Positions 21,701 through 32,654 of a DNA stretch of 64,000 bases are shown here, piece after piece. Source of the stretch: Endomicrobiales bacterium (GTDB lineage: Bacteria > Elusimicrobiota > Endomicrobiia > Endomicrobiales > CAWCFT01); contig CAWCFT010000014.1 of assembly GCA_963794945.1 (NCBI GenBank), positions 37,873-101,872 of the forward strand. The letters are read 5' to 3'. Below the pieces are notes generated by a model. That model saw only the letters and a list, made by a program, of their open reading frames with translations. It ran no database searches and was not told where the DNA came from. Numbering within the stretch: position 1 is the stretch's first letter; each line of letters opens with the position of its first letter. The position numbers and the translations under genes were made by a program.

Positions 21701-24700
21701 ACGGCCCAGTACCAGATCACGGATGTCAACAGCAACGTTCTTGTCAGCTGGCAGAACATTTTCGCCGGTACTACAACATACAACTCCTACTATTCTTCCT
21801 GGTCAATAACCAGTGCGGCGTTTAACAGCCTTTACGAAGGAACTACGAACCTGGTATATACCCGTGTCTATGATGGGGCCGGCAATCTTACCACCGCGCC
21901 ATCGCCGGATTTTTTCATACTTAAAGACACACACGTGCCGAGATGCGTAGTCAACGTTTCAAGCTACTCTTATTCGAATTCAACCTGGCACATGAATATT
22001 AATTTCTTCGATGATCCTACACCTGGAAGGACACCGGGCTGTTCAGGGCTTGCCTCGGCACAATATTCCATGACATCATCAACGGGCGGGGTTATAATCG
22101 CTACCACGCCCATAGCAGGTTTAACTTCCGGAGCCACATATTTTACAAGCCCGTGGCAGATTAATTTCGACGCGTTGCCCGGAAACGCGACCTCGATATG
22201 GTTCAATTATTGTTCAAGACCTGGCGGGCAACACTTCAACCTACGTAAACGCTTTTACTGTATTCAGGCCGGCCATCACCCCGCCAATAATAATCAACAA
22301 CCAGACAGGCGATTTCAACTGGTACACCTCAAGCCAAACGTTTGTAAGCCAGCTTTATAACGTTGATTTTCAAAACGGCGAAGACGCGGTAATATCAACC
22401 ATAACCGTTGCAGCATATTCCGGGAAGAATGGGACCGGCACGCAATACTTACCGCAAACCATTATAATTACAACTAACACATATTCTTATACTCCATCCT
22501 GGAGCCTTGTACCTTCAACCTTTACGCCTAATTATTCTATATGGTCGCTTTTGCAGAACGGCACGAACTACATCGCGGTAACCGCGTATGACTCGATTGG
22601 CTCTTCCACAACACTTTATGACGCTTTCTTCATAAGAAAAGACACGGCTCCTCCTCCGGCGCCTGTGCTCTCAAACCCTCTAAATACTTCGTCCACTGGC
22701 ACTGTCAATGTGGGCTTTAGCTGGCAGGTTTCAAATGACGGGGTCGGGTCCGGCACAACGAATTATACTATCGTAGTGGCCACTTCTCCCGATTTCGGGC
22801 ACGTTATTTTCACTTCCACGACACTAAACACTTATGTCACTTCCACTGTTTTGAACCAGAACCTTTACTACTGGCAGGTTCGCGCTTATGACTATGCCGG
22901 CAATACCGGTCCATGGTCAAGCATATGGTCTGTAGCAGTTGATACAACGCCGCCGCCAGCTGTTTCGAGCCTGACGGCTCCATTGAATAACCTGACAACC
23001 AATCAGATAACATTGAATTTCAGCTGGGCAGGTGTAACTGATTCACCCGCTGGTATTGCAAACTATATTCTAGAGGCATCAACATCTCCGACTTTCTCCG
23101 GTGTTATCTATTCCTCATGGGTAGCCGGCAACTCTGCCACTCTTACTCTCAACCAGTCCTCTTACACCTGGCGCGTTAACACAATGGACAATGCGCTGAA
23201 TTATACTACTTCCACAGCCGTCTATTTCGTTACTGTTGACACTACTCCGCCGCCGGTTGTAGCCACATTGAATACGCCTTTGAATAACCTTACAACAAAC
23301 CAAATGACGTTGAACTTTACCTGGGCTACTGTTTCTGACAGCCCGGCAGGGTTGGCTAATTACATTCTGCAGGTTTCAACGGACCCGGCTTTTGGTGTAA
23401 TAAACTATTCTTCCTGGGTAGTGACTAACTCAGCAACTCTTAATCTTATAACTTCGTCTTATACATGGCGGGTGAACACCATTGACAACGCCCTCAACTA
23501 TACTACTTCAACTGTCAATTATTTCGTGACCATTGATACTTCGCCACCACCGGCGGTTTCGAACCTTACGGCTCCCTTGAACAACCTGACCACCAACCAA
23601 ATGACCTTAAATTTCAGCTGGACTGCGGTTAGCGCTCCGCCTTCTGGGATAAAGAACTACATTCTGGAAGTTTCCACTGACCCGGCCTTCGGTGTTATAA
23701 ACTACTCATCCTGGGTGGTGCTTAATCAGGCTTCGCTTACCCTCAACCAGTCCTCCTACACCTGGCGCGTTAATGCCATGGATAACGCTTTAAACTACAC
23801 TACTTCAACGGCTGTCTATTTCGTCACTGTTGACACTACTGCGCCTTCGGCCGTTTCAACTCTTGGGCCACCTTCAAATAACCAGGCCACTAACCTGTCC
23901 CCTGTCATTTTCAACTGGGCCGCTGTTACGGATATACCCGCAGGCATAAAGAATTATATCGTTGAAGTATCAACATCCGCTAATTTCGTGCCCATAAGAT
24001 ACTCATCCTGGGTGGCGACTAATTCAGCATCTATCGCTGTAATCCAGTCTTCTTACAGTTGGCGTGTCAACGCCATGGACAACGCCTTGAACTACACTAC
24101 TTCTACAGTGGTATATTCTGTTGTATTTGATACAACTCCTCCCAACCCTGTTACGGGCCTTACTGCCCCTCTTAATAATCTTACGACTAACCAGATGACT
24201 TTAACATTTCAATGGACTGCCGTAACGAGCACGGCCGATATTGCAGGTTCTGTCTAATTACATCCTTCAGGTTTCTACCGACCCAACTTTCGGCGTTATC
24301 AACTATTCTTCATGGGTATTTACCAACTCGGCTGCCCTATCTCTTATCACTTCGTCTTATTCCTGGCGAGTAAATACCATGGACAACGCCCTCAACTACA
24401 CTACTTCTACAGTTAAATATTTTGTGACCGTCGATACCGTAGGCCCTTCACAGGTTACAACTTTAAATGCGCCGCTTAATAACCTTACCACCAACCAGAT
24501 GAAACTCAACTTCTCGTGGGGGGCAACAACTGATGCACCTGCGGGGCTCAAGAACTACATCCTTGAAGTCTCAACTTCCCCTAACTTCTCGGGCGTCATC
24601 TTTTCTTCTTGGGTCGTTAATAACTCGGCCTCTCTAACACTTAGCCAATCTTCATACACCTGGCGCGTTAATGCCATGGATAACGCTCTAAACTACACTA

Positions 24701-27700
24701 CTTCTACGGCTGTATATTTCGTTACTGTTGACACTACTGCTCCACCGGCTGTTTCAACCCTAGGCCCGCCTTCAAATAACCAGGCTACGAACCAGTCCCC
24801 TGTCAATTTTACTTGGGGCAGTGTTACAGATAGCCCTGCAGGCTTGATGAACTACATATTGCAGGTATCCACATCATCAAATTTCGTGCCCATAAAATAC
24901 TCATCCTGGGTGGTGACTAACTCCGCGTCTATTGCCGTAAACCAGTCCTCTTACACCTGGCGCGTCAACACCATGGACAACGCCTTGAACTACACTACCG
25001 CTACGGTCGTAAGCTCGGTTATTGTCGACACCACTCCGCCGCCGGCCGTTTCCACCCTTGGCGCGCCTTTGAATAACCTGACTACCAACCAGATGACATT
25101 GAATTTTACATGGACCGGCGTCACTGATGATCTGTCAGGGATTGCTAATTACATTGTTCAGGTCTCCACAGACCCGTCTTTCGGTGTTATCAACTACTCT
25201 TCATGGGTATTTACCAACTCGGCTACTCTTACGCTTAACCAGTCCTCTTACACCTGGCGCGTTAACTCCATGGACAACGCATTGAACTATACTACCTCAA
25301 CTGTTAAATATTTCGTCACAGTTGACACTACTCCCCCACCAGCGGTTGCCACACTTAATACGCCGCTTAATAACCTTACTACAAACCAGATGACACTGAA
25401 TTTTACGTGGGGGGCAATAACCGATACACCCGCAGGGATAAAGAACTACATCCTTGAGGTTTCCACATCTCCTACTTTTCGGGCGTTATATTTTCTTCGT
25501 GGGTCGTTAATAACTCGGCAGCGCTTACCCTTAACCAGTCTTCTTACACCTGGCGCGTTAATGCCATGGACAACGCTTTAAACTATACCACTTCAACGGC
25601 TGTGTATTTCGTTACTGTTGACACTGCACCGCCGCCTGTTGTGTCAACACTAAATACGCCTCTTAATAACCTGACCACCAACCAGATGACTTTAAACTTC
25701 ACCTGGACAGGGGTCAACGATTCGCCTGCAGGTATCGCCAACTATATCCTTGAGGTCTCAACTTCTCCTACTTTCTCGGGTGTTATCTATTCCTCATGGG
25801 TAGTACTCAACCAGGCTACTCTTACGCTTAACCAGTCATCTTACACCTGGCGCGTAAACACAATGGACAACGCACTGAACTATACTACTTCCACAGCCGT
25901 ATATTTTGTGACAGTTGACACGACTCCGCCGCCGGCTGTCTCACCCTTACGGCTCCTTTAAATAACCTCACTACTAACCAGATGACTTTGAATTTCCATG
26001 GGGGGCTATCACTGATAGCCCTGCGGGACTTAAGAATTATATCCTTGAAGTTTCTACTTCTCCTACTTTCTCGGGTGTTATACTATTCTTCGTGGGTCGT
26101 TAATAACTCGGCCTCTCTAACTCTCAACCAGTCTTCATACACATGGCGTGTTAATGCCATGGACAATGCTTTAAACTATACCACTTCTACGGCTGTCTAT
26201 TTCGTTACGGTTGACACTGCACCCCCGCCTGCTGTGTCTACACTAAATACACCTCTTAACAACCTGACCACCAACCAGATGACTTTAAACTTCACCTGGA
26301 CAGGTGTCACTGATTCGCCTGCCGGCATTGCTAACTATATCCTTGAGGTGGCTACATCCTCAAGTTTTGTGCCAATAGCCTACTCTTCCTGGGTTGTGCT
26401 TAATCAGGCTACACTTACTCTCAACCAGTCTTCTTACACATGGCGAGTTAACACCATGGACAATGCACTGAACTATACTACGTCTACAGCTGTGTATTTC
26501 GTTACCGTTGACACAACGCCGCCGCCAGCGGTTGCCACTCTTAACACACCGCTTAATAACCTCACCACTAACCAGATGATGCTGAACTTCAGCTGGACCG
26601 GGGTCACTGACGCTCAAGTGGGTATTTCAAACTACATTCTCCAGGTCTCTACGGACCCCGCTTTCGGGACCATTAATTACTCGTCATGGGTCGTGCTCAA
26701 TTCGGCATCTCTTACGCTTAACCAGTCCTCATACACATGGCGCGTCAATACCATGGACAACGCGCTGAACTATACTACCTCAACCGCTGTATATTTCGTG
26801 ACAGTTGACACAACACCTCCGTTAATAGTCAACGATCAGCCTGGCGACTATCAGTGGCGGTCTTCTTCCGGCGCGGTTTATGGAGTGTTCTTTCAGGATT
26901 CATTGTCAGGCTGTGTAACAGCCCAATACCAACTTACAGACGCTAACAGTAATGTCATCGTGGGTTGGCAGAATATATTCGCGGGTTCAACAACGTATGC
27001 CGCATACTATTCTTCATGGCCAATAACAAACTCGAATTTTAACAGCCTTTACGAAGGCACTACTAACCTTGTATACACACGAGTTTATGATGCGGCAGGC
27101 AACCTTACTACATCGCCTTCGCCATCATTTTTCATTCTTAAAGACACTCACGCGCCGGTGTGCGTTGTAAACGTTTCAAGCTATTCCTATTCATATTCTC
27201 AGTGGTATATGAACATTAACTTCTTTGACCCGCCAACACCAGGCATGGTGCCCGGGTGTTCGGGGCTCAATAACGCGCAGTATAGCCTTAATTCGGCAAC
27301 AGGCCCTTGGACACAGATTTTTTTGAACACTTCTCCGGGAACAACATATTACACCAGCCCATGGCAGATAAATTTCGGTGCTTTGCCAGCAGGAACAACA
27401 TCATACGGCTTTATTCAGATACAAGACTTTGCCGGAAACACTACAACTTACCTGGATGCTTTCTCGGTTTTCAGGCCGACAATTACTACGCCTATAATTC
27501 ACGATAACCAGGCCGGCGACTTCAACTGGTACAACTCAAGCCAGTCATTTGTTTCTCAGCCCTATAACGTTGCAGTTCAAAACGGACAGAATGCTGTAAT
27601 TTCAAGCATAACCGTTTCAGCCTATTCCGGCACGCATGGATCCGGAATAAAATATCTCCCGGAAACCATTGTTGTTACTACTAACGTTTATACCTATAAC

Positions 27701-28783
27701 ACCGCGTGGAATCTAGTACCGTCCACTTTTACGCCTAATTACTATATCTGGTCGCTTCTGCAGAATGGGACAAACTATATCGCTGTTACAGCCTATGACG
27801 CGCTTGGCTCTTCCACCACGCTTTACGATGCTTTTTATGTAAGGAAAGACACAACTCCGCCGCCAGCGCCCATACTATCAGCTCCTCTAAATGCTTCATC
27901 AACTGGCACTGTAAATGTTGGTTTTAGCTGGCAGGTTTCAAACGATGGTATAGGCTCAGGAACAACAAATTATACTATTGTAGTTGCAACCTCTTCTGAT
28001 TTCGGGAAAATAGTTTTCACTTCCACAACACCTAACAATTATGCCACTTCTACTATTTTGAACCAGAATCTTTACTATTGGCAAGTTCGGGCTGGTGACT
28101 ATGCTGGCAATCTTGGAATATGGTCAAGTACCTGGTCAGTCATTGTTGACACTACTCCGCCGCCGGCTGTGTCTACACTTAGCGCGCCGCTGAATAACCT
28201 CACTACCAACCAAATGACTTTGACTTTTGGCTGGTCAACTGTCACTGATTCTCCTGCGGGCCTTGCTAACTATATACTCGAAGTCTCCACAGCACCGGAC
28301 TTCTCGGGCGTCATCACTTCTTCCTGGGTCTTTAACAACTCGGCTACATTAACCCTCAACCAGTCATCTTACACCTGGCGTGTTAACACCATGGATAACG
28401 CCCTTAACTATACAACCTCTACTGTCAAATACTTCGTCACCGTTGACACTACACCGCCGCCGGCTATCTCTACACTCAATACGCCTTTGAACAGCCTCAC
28501 TACCAACCAGATGACCTTGAACTTCAGCTGGGCGGGGGTAACTGACTCCCCGGCTGGCCTTGCTAACTATATCCTTGAAGTCTCTACCGACCCGGCTTTC
28601 TCGGTTATCAGCTACAGCTCTGCTACCCTGCTTACTAACGCTACTCTTACTCTTAACCAGTCCTCTTACACCTGGCGCGTTAATACCATGGATAATGCAC
28701 TTAACTACACAACCTCTACACTTAAATATTTCGTGACCGTTGATACTACACCGCCACCGGCTGTCTCGACCCTCACGGCTCCT
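15799..28783 (+). CDS. S24/S26-like peptidase domain fused to a giant secreted Ser/Thr/Asn-rich repeat protein (>4,300 aa); several frameshifts; truncated by IS110
   Basis: GGSMRP and HR motifs, then a hydrophobic signal/TM segment, then continuous homologous repeat sequence across ORFs 16361, 22551, 24241, 25566 and 25982. Confidence 0.75.
18530..28783 (+). repeat. Coding tandem repeats of 297 bp / 99 aa (FN3/Ig-like beta-sandwich)
   Basis: Consensus VDTTPPPAVSTL.APLNNLTTNQMTLNFTW...NYILEVST...YTWRVNTMDNALNYTTST; GACCCGGCTTTCGGC at 19568, 19865 and 20162 gives period 297; about 23 complete copies plus divergent ones. Confidence 0.95.
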
Positions 28784-28896
28784 GGTATAATGTTCACTGT
28801 GTAGTACAGTGACACGAATTAGTAGCAATCGTCGAATTTCTCTTTTTTGCTACTTTTTTCTCTTGTGAATACTGTTAATTCTGTGTATAATTCATT

Positions 28897-29082
28897 AGGG
28901 GCGTAAGCCCCGTTCAGCAGGAAAGACGATTTCTCTCCTCATATGGAACCGATTTATCGGCTACCATTTTTAAAAGACTATCGCTTCCTGCACGTTTGAC
29001 CTGGAAACATTCATTTAGGATGCTATGGGATCCCGTTGATACGGAATCACCATTCATATTCCCAGGCTATGTTTGGTCAAAC
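28897..29082 (+). ncRNA. Candidate IS110 bridge RNA
   Basis: 5' hairpin GGGGC-GTAA-GCCCC followed by two stem/internal-loop/stem modules; internal promoter TTGTGA-N17-TATAAT at 28863-28891. Confidence 0.65.
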
Positions 29083-29131
29083 ACCTTGCCGGAACCTGCT
29101 GAATAAATCTATCCGTAAAGGAGCTGTTCCC

Positions 29132-30346
29132 ATGCATTACATTGGTATAGACCTTGCAAGTAAATTCCACCGTGTTCGTATCACCGATGAAAAAGGCAAC
29201 ACTGTTTCAACTGTTTTCTCTATAGAAAACAGCCAAGACGGCTTTAATGAACTTATCTCCCGGCTTGTTAAGCTTTCTATCCCGTTTGCCGATATTCTCG
29301 CAGGACTTGAAGCTACCAACAACTTCTGGGAAAATATCTTGGAATTCTTGACCACTAAAGGCGTTAAGACCGTTCTGCTTAACCCGTATTTCGTAAACAA
29401 ATTCCGCGAAGCCTTGCGTATGAAAGCTAAAACCGATGACATCGATACCTTAGTCATCGCCAGCCTCTTGCGCACCGGCGAATACGGCGCTTGCCTCATA
29501 CCGGACGAAATCGCCCTTACACTGCGCGAACTCGTTAAGCTCCGTTTCGAATTCCTCAAAGATCAGAAAAACTATAAACGTCAGGCTTTCGCTCTGATTT
29601 CACTCGTGTTCCCTGAATACAGGCAAACATCTCTCAAAAACCCCTTCAACATCGCCTCTATCCAAATCCTTTCCCAATTCCCTACAGCTAAGGATTTGGC
29701 CCTGGCTAAAACTAAACATATCGAAAAGATTGTCCGCTCTATTCAGGGCAACAACTTCAATATCGGCGAAATTCAAACCTTGCTTGATTCTGCAAAGAAC
29801 TCTTCATTCTCAGGCAAAGCTAAAGCCGCTCGCGGCTCTAACCTTAGAATGATCCTCACTTATGTTAAAAATCTCGAAAACGATATCAATGAACTCGATA
29901 AACAAATAACCGATATCTTAAGCCCTAAAGGACCCGACGATTCTTTCCCGGGTGAAAACCTGCTTTCTATTAACGGCGTCGGTAAGAAAACTCTGGCTGC
30001 CGTACTATCTGCCATCGGATTGGACGGCGCTTCCTTTCATGACGCTAAAGCCATTATCGGACACATCGGCTTTTACCCTAAAATATATCAGTCAGGCACT
30101 ACTTGCCGCGATAATAAAATCTCAAGACGCGGCCCTAATTACTTGCGTTGGGCCCTTTATATGTGCGCTGTTGCTTCCATCAGGCACAATACCGAAATGC
30201 GTTCCCTTTACAACAGAAAACGTTCCCAGGGTAAAACTGAAAAACAAGCCCTTATCTGTGTCGCTAAAAAAATCGCTCAAATGATGCTTTCTATGCTTAA
30301 ATCAGGCCAGTCTTACAACCCGGCTCGCGTCTTTGCTGTCGCTTAA
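29132..30346 (+). CDS. IS110 family DEDD recombinase/transposase
   Basis: YIGIDLA, LEAT, KTDDID, GVG, GFYPKIYQSG, SRRGPNYLRWALY; RBS AAGGAG. Confidence 0.95.
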   Translation: MHYIGIDLASKFHRVRITDEKGNTVSTVFSIENSQDGFNELISRLVKLSIPFADILAGLEATNNFWENILEFLTTKGVKTVLLNPYFVNKFREALRMKAKTDDIDTLVIASLLRTGEYGACLIPDEIALTLRELVKLRFEFLKDQKNYKRQAFALISLVFPEYRQTSLKNPFNIASIQILSQFPTAKDLALAKTKHIEKIVRSIQGNNFNIGEIQTLLDSAKNSSFSGKAKAARGSNLRMILTYVKNLENDINELDKQITDILSPKGPDDSFPGENLLSINGVGKKTLAAVLSAIGLDGASFHDAKAIIGHIGFYPKIYQSGTTCRDNKISRRGPNYLRWALYMCAVASIRHNTEMRSLYNRKRSQGKTEKQALICVAKKIAQMMLSMLKSGQSYNPARVFAVA

Positions 30347-30420
30347 CCTTTTTCGCCCATTACCCGTGGATATGTCTTAAACGCTCTTTGACAACTTAAT
30401 GCTTTTTCGCACTTGACTTA

Positions 30421-30780
30421 TTATAGGATGTCTTTAATAATAATTCGTTGATCTCTTTCACAAATGCTTGCCTGGATAAAGCACCCACCTTGCATTTGCG
30501 GCTTTCCTTTCTTTGGAACGAACATGATACTGGGTATAGTATTTATTCCGAATGCACCGGCAAGCTCATTCTCTTTGTCCGTATCTATCTTATAAATGTC
30601 AATTTTATCTTTATACTCCTTCGATAAGGTTTCAAGTACGGGGCTTACCATCTGACACGGGCCGCACCAGTCGGCGTAAAAATCTATGATGCACGGCAAA
30701 TCACCTACAAAATCCCATTCTTTCTTTTTCTCATAATCAAATACTTTGGCTTTAAACGTTTCTTTTGTTAAATGCTCCAT
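30421..30780 (-). CDS. trxA: Thioredoxin; probable frameshift near 30490; 3' end abuts IS110
   Basis: DFYADWCGPC active site. Confidence 0.9.
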   Translation of the reverse strand: MEHLTKETFKAKVFDYEKKKEWDFVGDLPCIIDFYADWCGPCQMVSPVLETLSKEYKDKIDIYKIDTDKENELAGAFGINTIPSIMFVPKKGKPQMQGGCFIQASICERDQRIIIKDIL

Positions 30781-30799
30781 AATTATTCTCCTATTGGCC

Positions 30800-31069
30800 T
30801 TAACCCTTCAAAGCGGCTATTAGACCGGCAATTCTCTTATCTTTTATGCAATAGCGGATCTTTACTCCTTGTTTGCTTGGCACTAAAATATGCGCATGGC
30901 GAAGTTTAGCCAGATGCTGGGACACGGTCGACTGCGGTATTTTAAGCTTACTGACTATTTTATTGACATTGCAGCCGTCGCTCTCAAGAAGCCCTATGAC
31001 AATCTTAAGCCTTATTGGATGGCCCAAAGCCTTTAATGCTTCACTATCTTTTTCAAGATCAATCCCCAT
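30800..31069 (-). CDS. ArsR/SmtB family transcriptional regulator
   Basis: LKALGHPIRL, QSTVSQHLAKLR. Confidence 0.9.
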   Translation of the reverse strand: MGIDLEKDSEALKALGHPIRLKIVIGLLESDGCNVNKIVSKLKIPQSTVSQHLAKLRHAHILVPSKQGVKIRYCIKDKRIAGLIAALKG

Positions 31070-31275
31070 AGAGTCTCCTTTCCGATGATTTTAATCGCAT
31101 TTACAGGGCAAGCTCTTTCGCATCCAGCCAAACGGTCGCACTTGCTTTCATCAGTTACGCTGCATTTTTTTGTTTTCTTGTCTAAATACAGTATCCGTTG
31201 AGGACACATCGAAACACATACACCGCACCCGGTACATAAGTCCTTATTAATATCAACTATCTTTGCCTCAACCAT
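31033..31275 (-). CDS. 2x[4Fe-4S]-type ferredoxin
   Basis: CTGCGVCVSMCP and CDRLAGCERACP. Confidence 0.85.
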   Translation of the reverse strand: MVEAKIVDINKDLCTGCGVCVSMCPQRILYLDKKTKKCSVTDESKCDRLAGCERACPVNAIKIIGKETLWGLILKKIVKH

Positions 31276-31377
31276 ATTCCGCTCCTTATATTCTTATATC
31301 TGTATATTACATTATTACGATATATATGTCAAGCATTATTTATGTTTCCTACTTAAATAAGTATAATATTACCCATT

Positions 31378-32340
31378 ATGCAAGAAAATACGATGAACAA
31401 TAATATGAATACTCGTGAGCATTGGAGCAGGCCGCTGCTATTTATCCTGGGCCTGGTCTTTTGCTGTACGCCGTATTCCTCTCCGCCAATTGCCTTGGCG
31501 CTGGGATTGATATTAGCGTTTACAATCGGGCATCCTTATAAGAAACATAACGGCAAAATTACTAAATACCTTTTACAGATATCTGTAGTCGGGCTGGGGT
31601 TTGGGCTGAACTTCGGAGAGGTAGTCAAGGCGGGCAAAACCGGCGTGATGTTCACTGTTGTTACGATATTCGGGACCTTATTCGCGGGCTACGTGATCGG
31701 CAGATTACTCACGGTAAGCAAGAATATTTCGCGTTTGATCTCAACTGGAACAGCTATTTGCGGCGGAAGCGCCATTGCCGCCATCGCACCGATAATCGGC
31801 GCAAACGAACATGAGATATCGGTTTCCCTGGGCACAGTATTTATACTTAATTCAATAGCTCTCTTCATCTTCCCGGCAATAGGCCATTTTTTCGGGCTAA
31901 CTCAAAATCAGTTCGGCGTCTGGGCGGCTATCGCCATACACGATACCAGTTCGGTTGTAGGCGCCGCGGCGCGCTACGGTCATGAAGCGTTGCAGGTAGC
32001 TACAACTGTAAAACTGACCAGAGCACTGTGGATCATCCCACTATCGCTCATTGCGGCCGCTATCCTCAAAAACAAGTCCGCGAAAGTATCGCCACCCTAT
32101 TTCATTTTCTTTTTCGTGCTGGCATCCATTTCTGTTACTCTGCTGCCGGCCTTCAACCCGGCATACACTTCACTGGTACGCCTCGCGAAAACAGGGCTGA
32201 CGATCACCCTTTTTCTTATCGGCGCGGGGCTTTCGCGGGAAACTTTGAAGGTCGTAGGCATCAAACCGGTTCTTCTGGGCGTGATCCTCTGGATACTGAT
32301 ATCTGTTACCGCTCTACTGGCGGTGAAAGGTGTACTTTAG
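31378..32340 (+). CDS. YeiH / putative sulfate exporter family membrane protein
   Basis: GTAICGGSAIAA, AIHDTSSVVGA, VKLTRALW. Confidence 0.88.
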   Translation: MQENTMNNNMNTREHWSRPLLFILGLVFCCTPYSSPPIALALGLILAFTIGHPYKKHNGKITKYLLQISVVGLGFGLNFGEVVKAGKTGVMFTVVTIFGTLFAGYVIGRLLTVSKNISRLISTGTAICGGSAIAAIAPIIGANEHEISVSLGTVFILNSIALFIFPAIGHFFGLTQNQFGVWAAIAIHDTSSVVGAAARYGHEALQVATTVKLTRALWIIPLSLIAAAILKNKSAKVSPPYFIFFFVLASISVTLLPAFNPAYTSLVRLAKTGLTITLFLIGAGLSRETLKVVGIKPVLLGVILWILISVTALLAVKGVL

Positions 32341-32606
32341 TGTGGTGCGTCCAACATATCTTGACATTTGAATGCCAGATTTGAGCCGGATTCAAGAAGC
32401 GAAGCAGCTGTCCCGCCATGGCGGGATGAACGATGAGCGACGCAGAAGCCGGCCAAAGCTGGCATTCCCAATGGGCTGAAGGGCTTGCACCCATCGCCGT
32501 CGCTGCTCGTCGATTACCCCGCCGCGGCGGGGCCGCACTCCTCGCGCCTAGGCGCTGGATACAATCCCTTCAGCAAATGTAAAGATATGTTGGACGCACC
32601 ACACTA
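32338..32606. mobile_element. MITE, about 270 bp, with 33-bp terminal inverted repeats
   Basis: TAGTGTGGTGCGTCCAACATATCTTGACATTTG at 32338-32370 is the reverse complement of 32574-32606 with 1 mismatch; no credible ORF inside. Confidence 0.8.
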
Positions 32607-32654
32607 GCTCTTGAAATTGAAGTAATGTTTAAAATATTTTGGGTTACTCGATAT

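Larger units (their letters stand above)
28782..30433 (+). mobile_element. IS110 family element with CT core at both ends
   Basis: Repeat gene breaks at GCTC-CT; right end ..GGATGT-CT; no terminal IR or TSD other than CT; long 5' non-coding end. Confidence 0.85.

Noticed and set aside
18530..28783. Long regular repeats as a CRISPR array or DGR template/variable repeats
   Set aside because: The units are 297-bp in-frame coding repeats with mostly synonymous variation; no unique spacers, cas genes or reverse transcriptase are present
29036..29131. N-terminal extension of the IS110 recombinase given in the ORF track
   Set aside because: It overlaps the structured RNA; the RBS and family N-terminus (MHYIGID) point to the ATG at 29132
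32306..32494. 62-aa ORF inside the MITE
   Set aside because: No recognisable domain; lies within a non-coding inverted-repeat element
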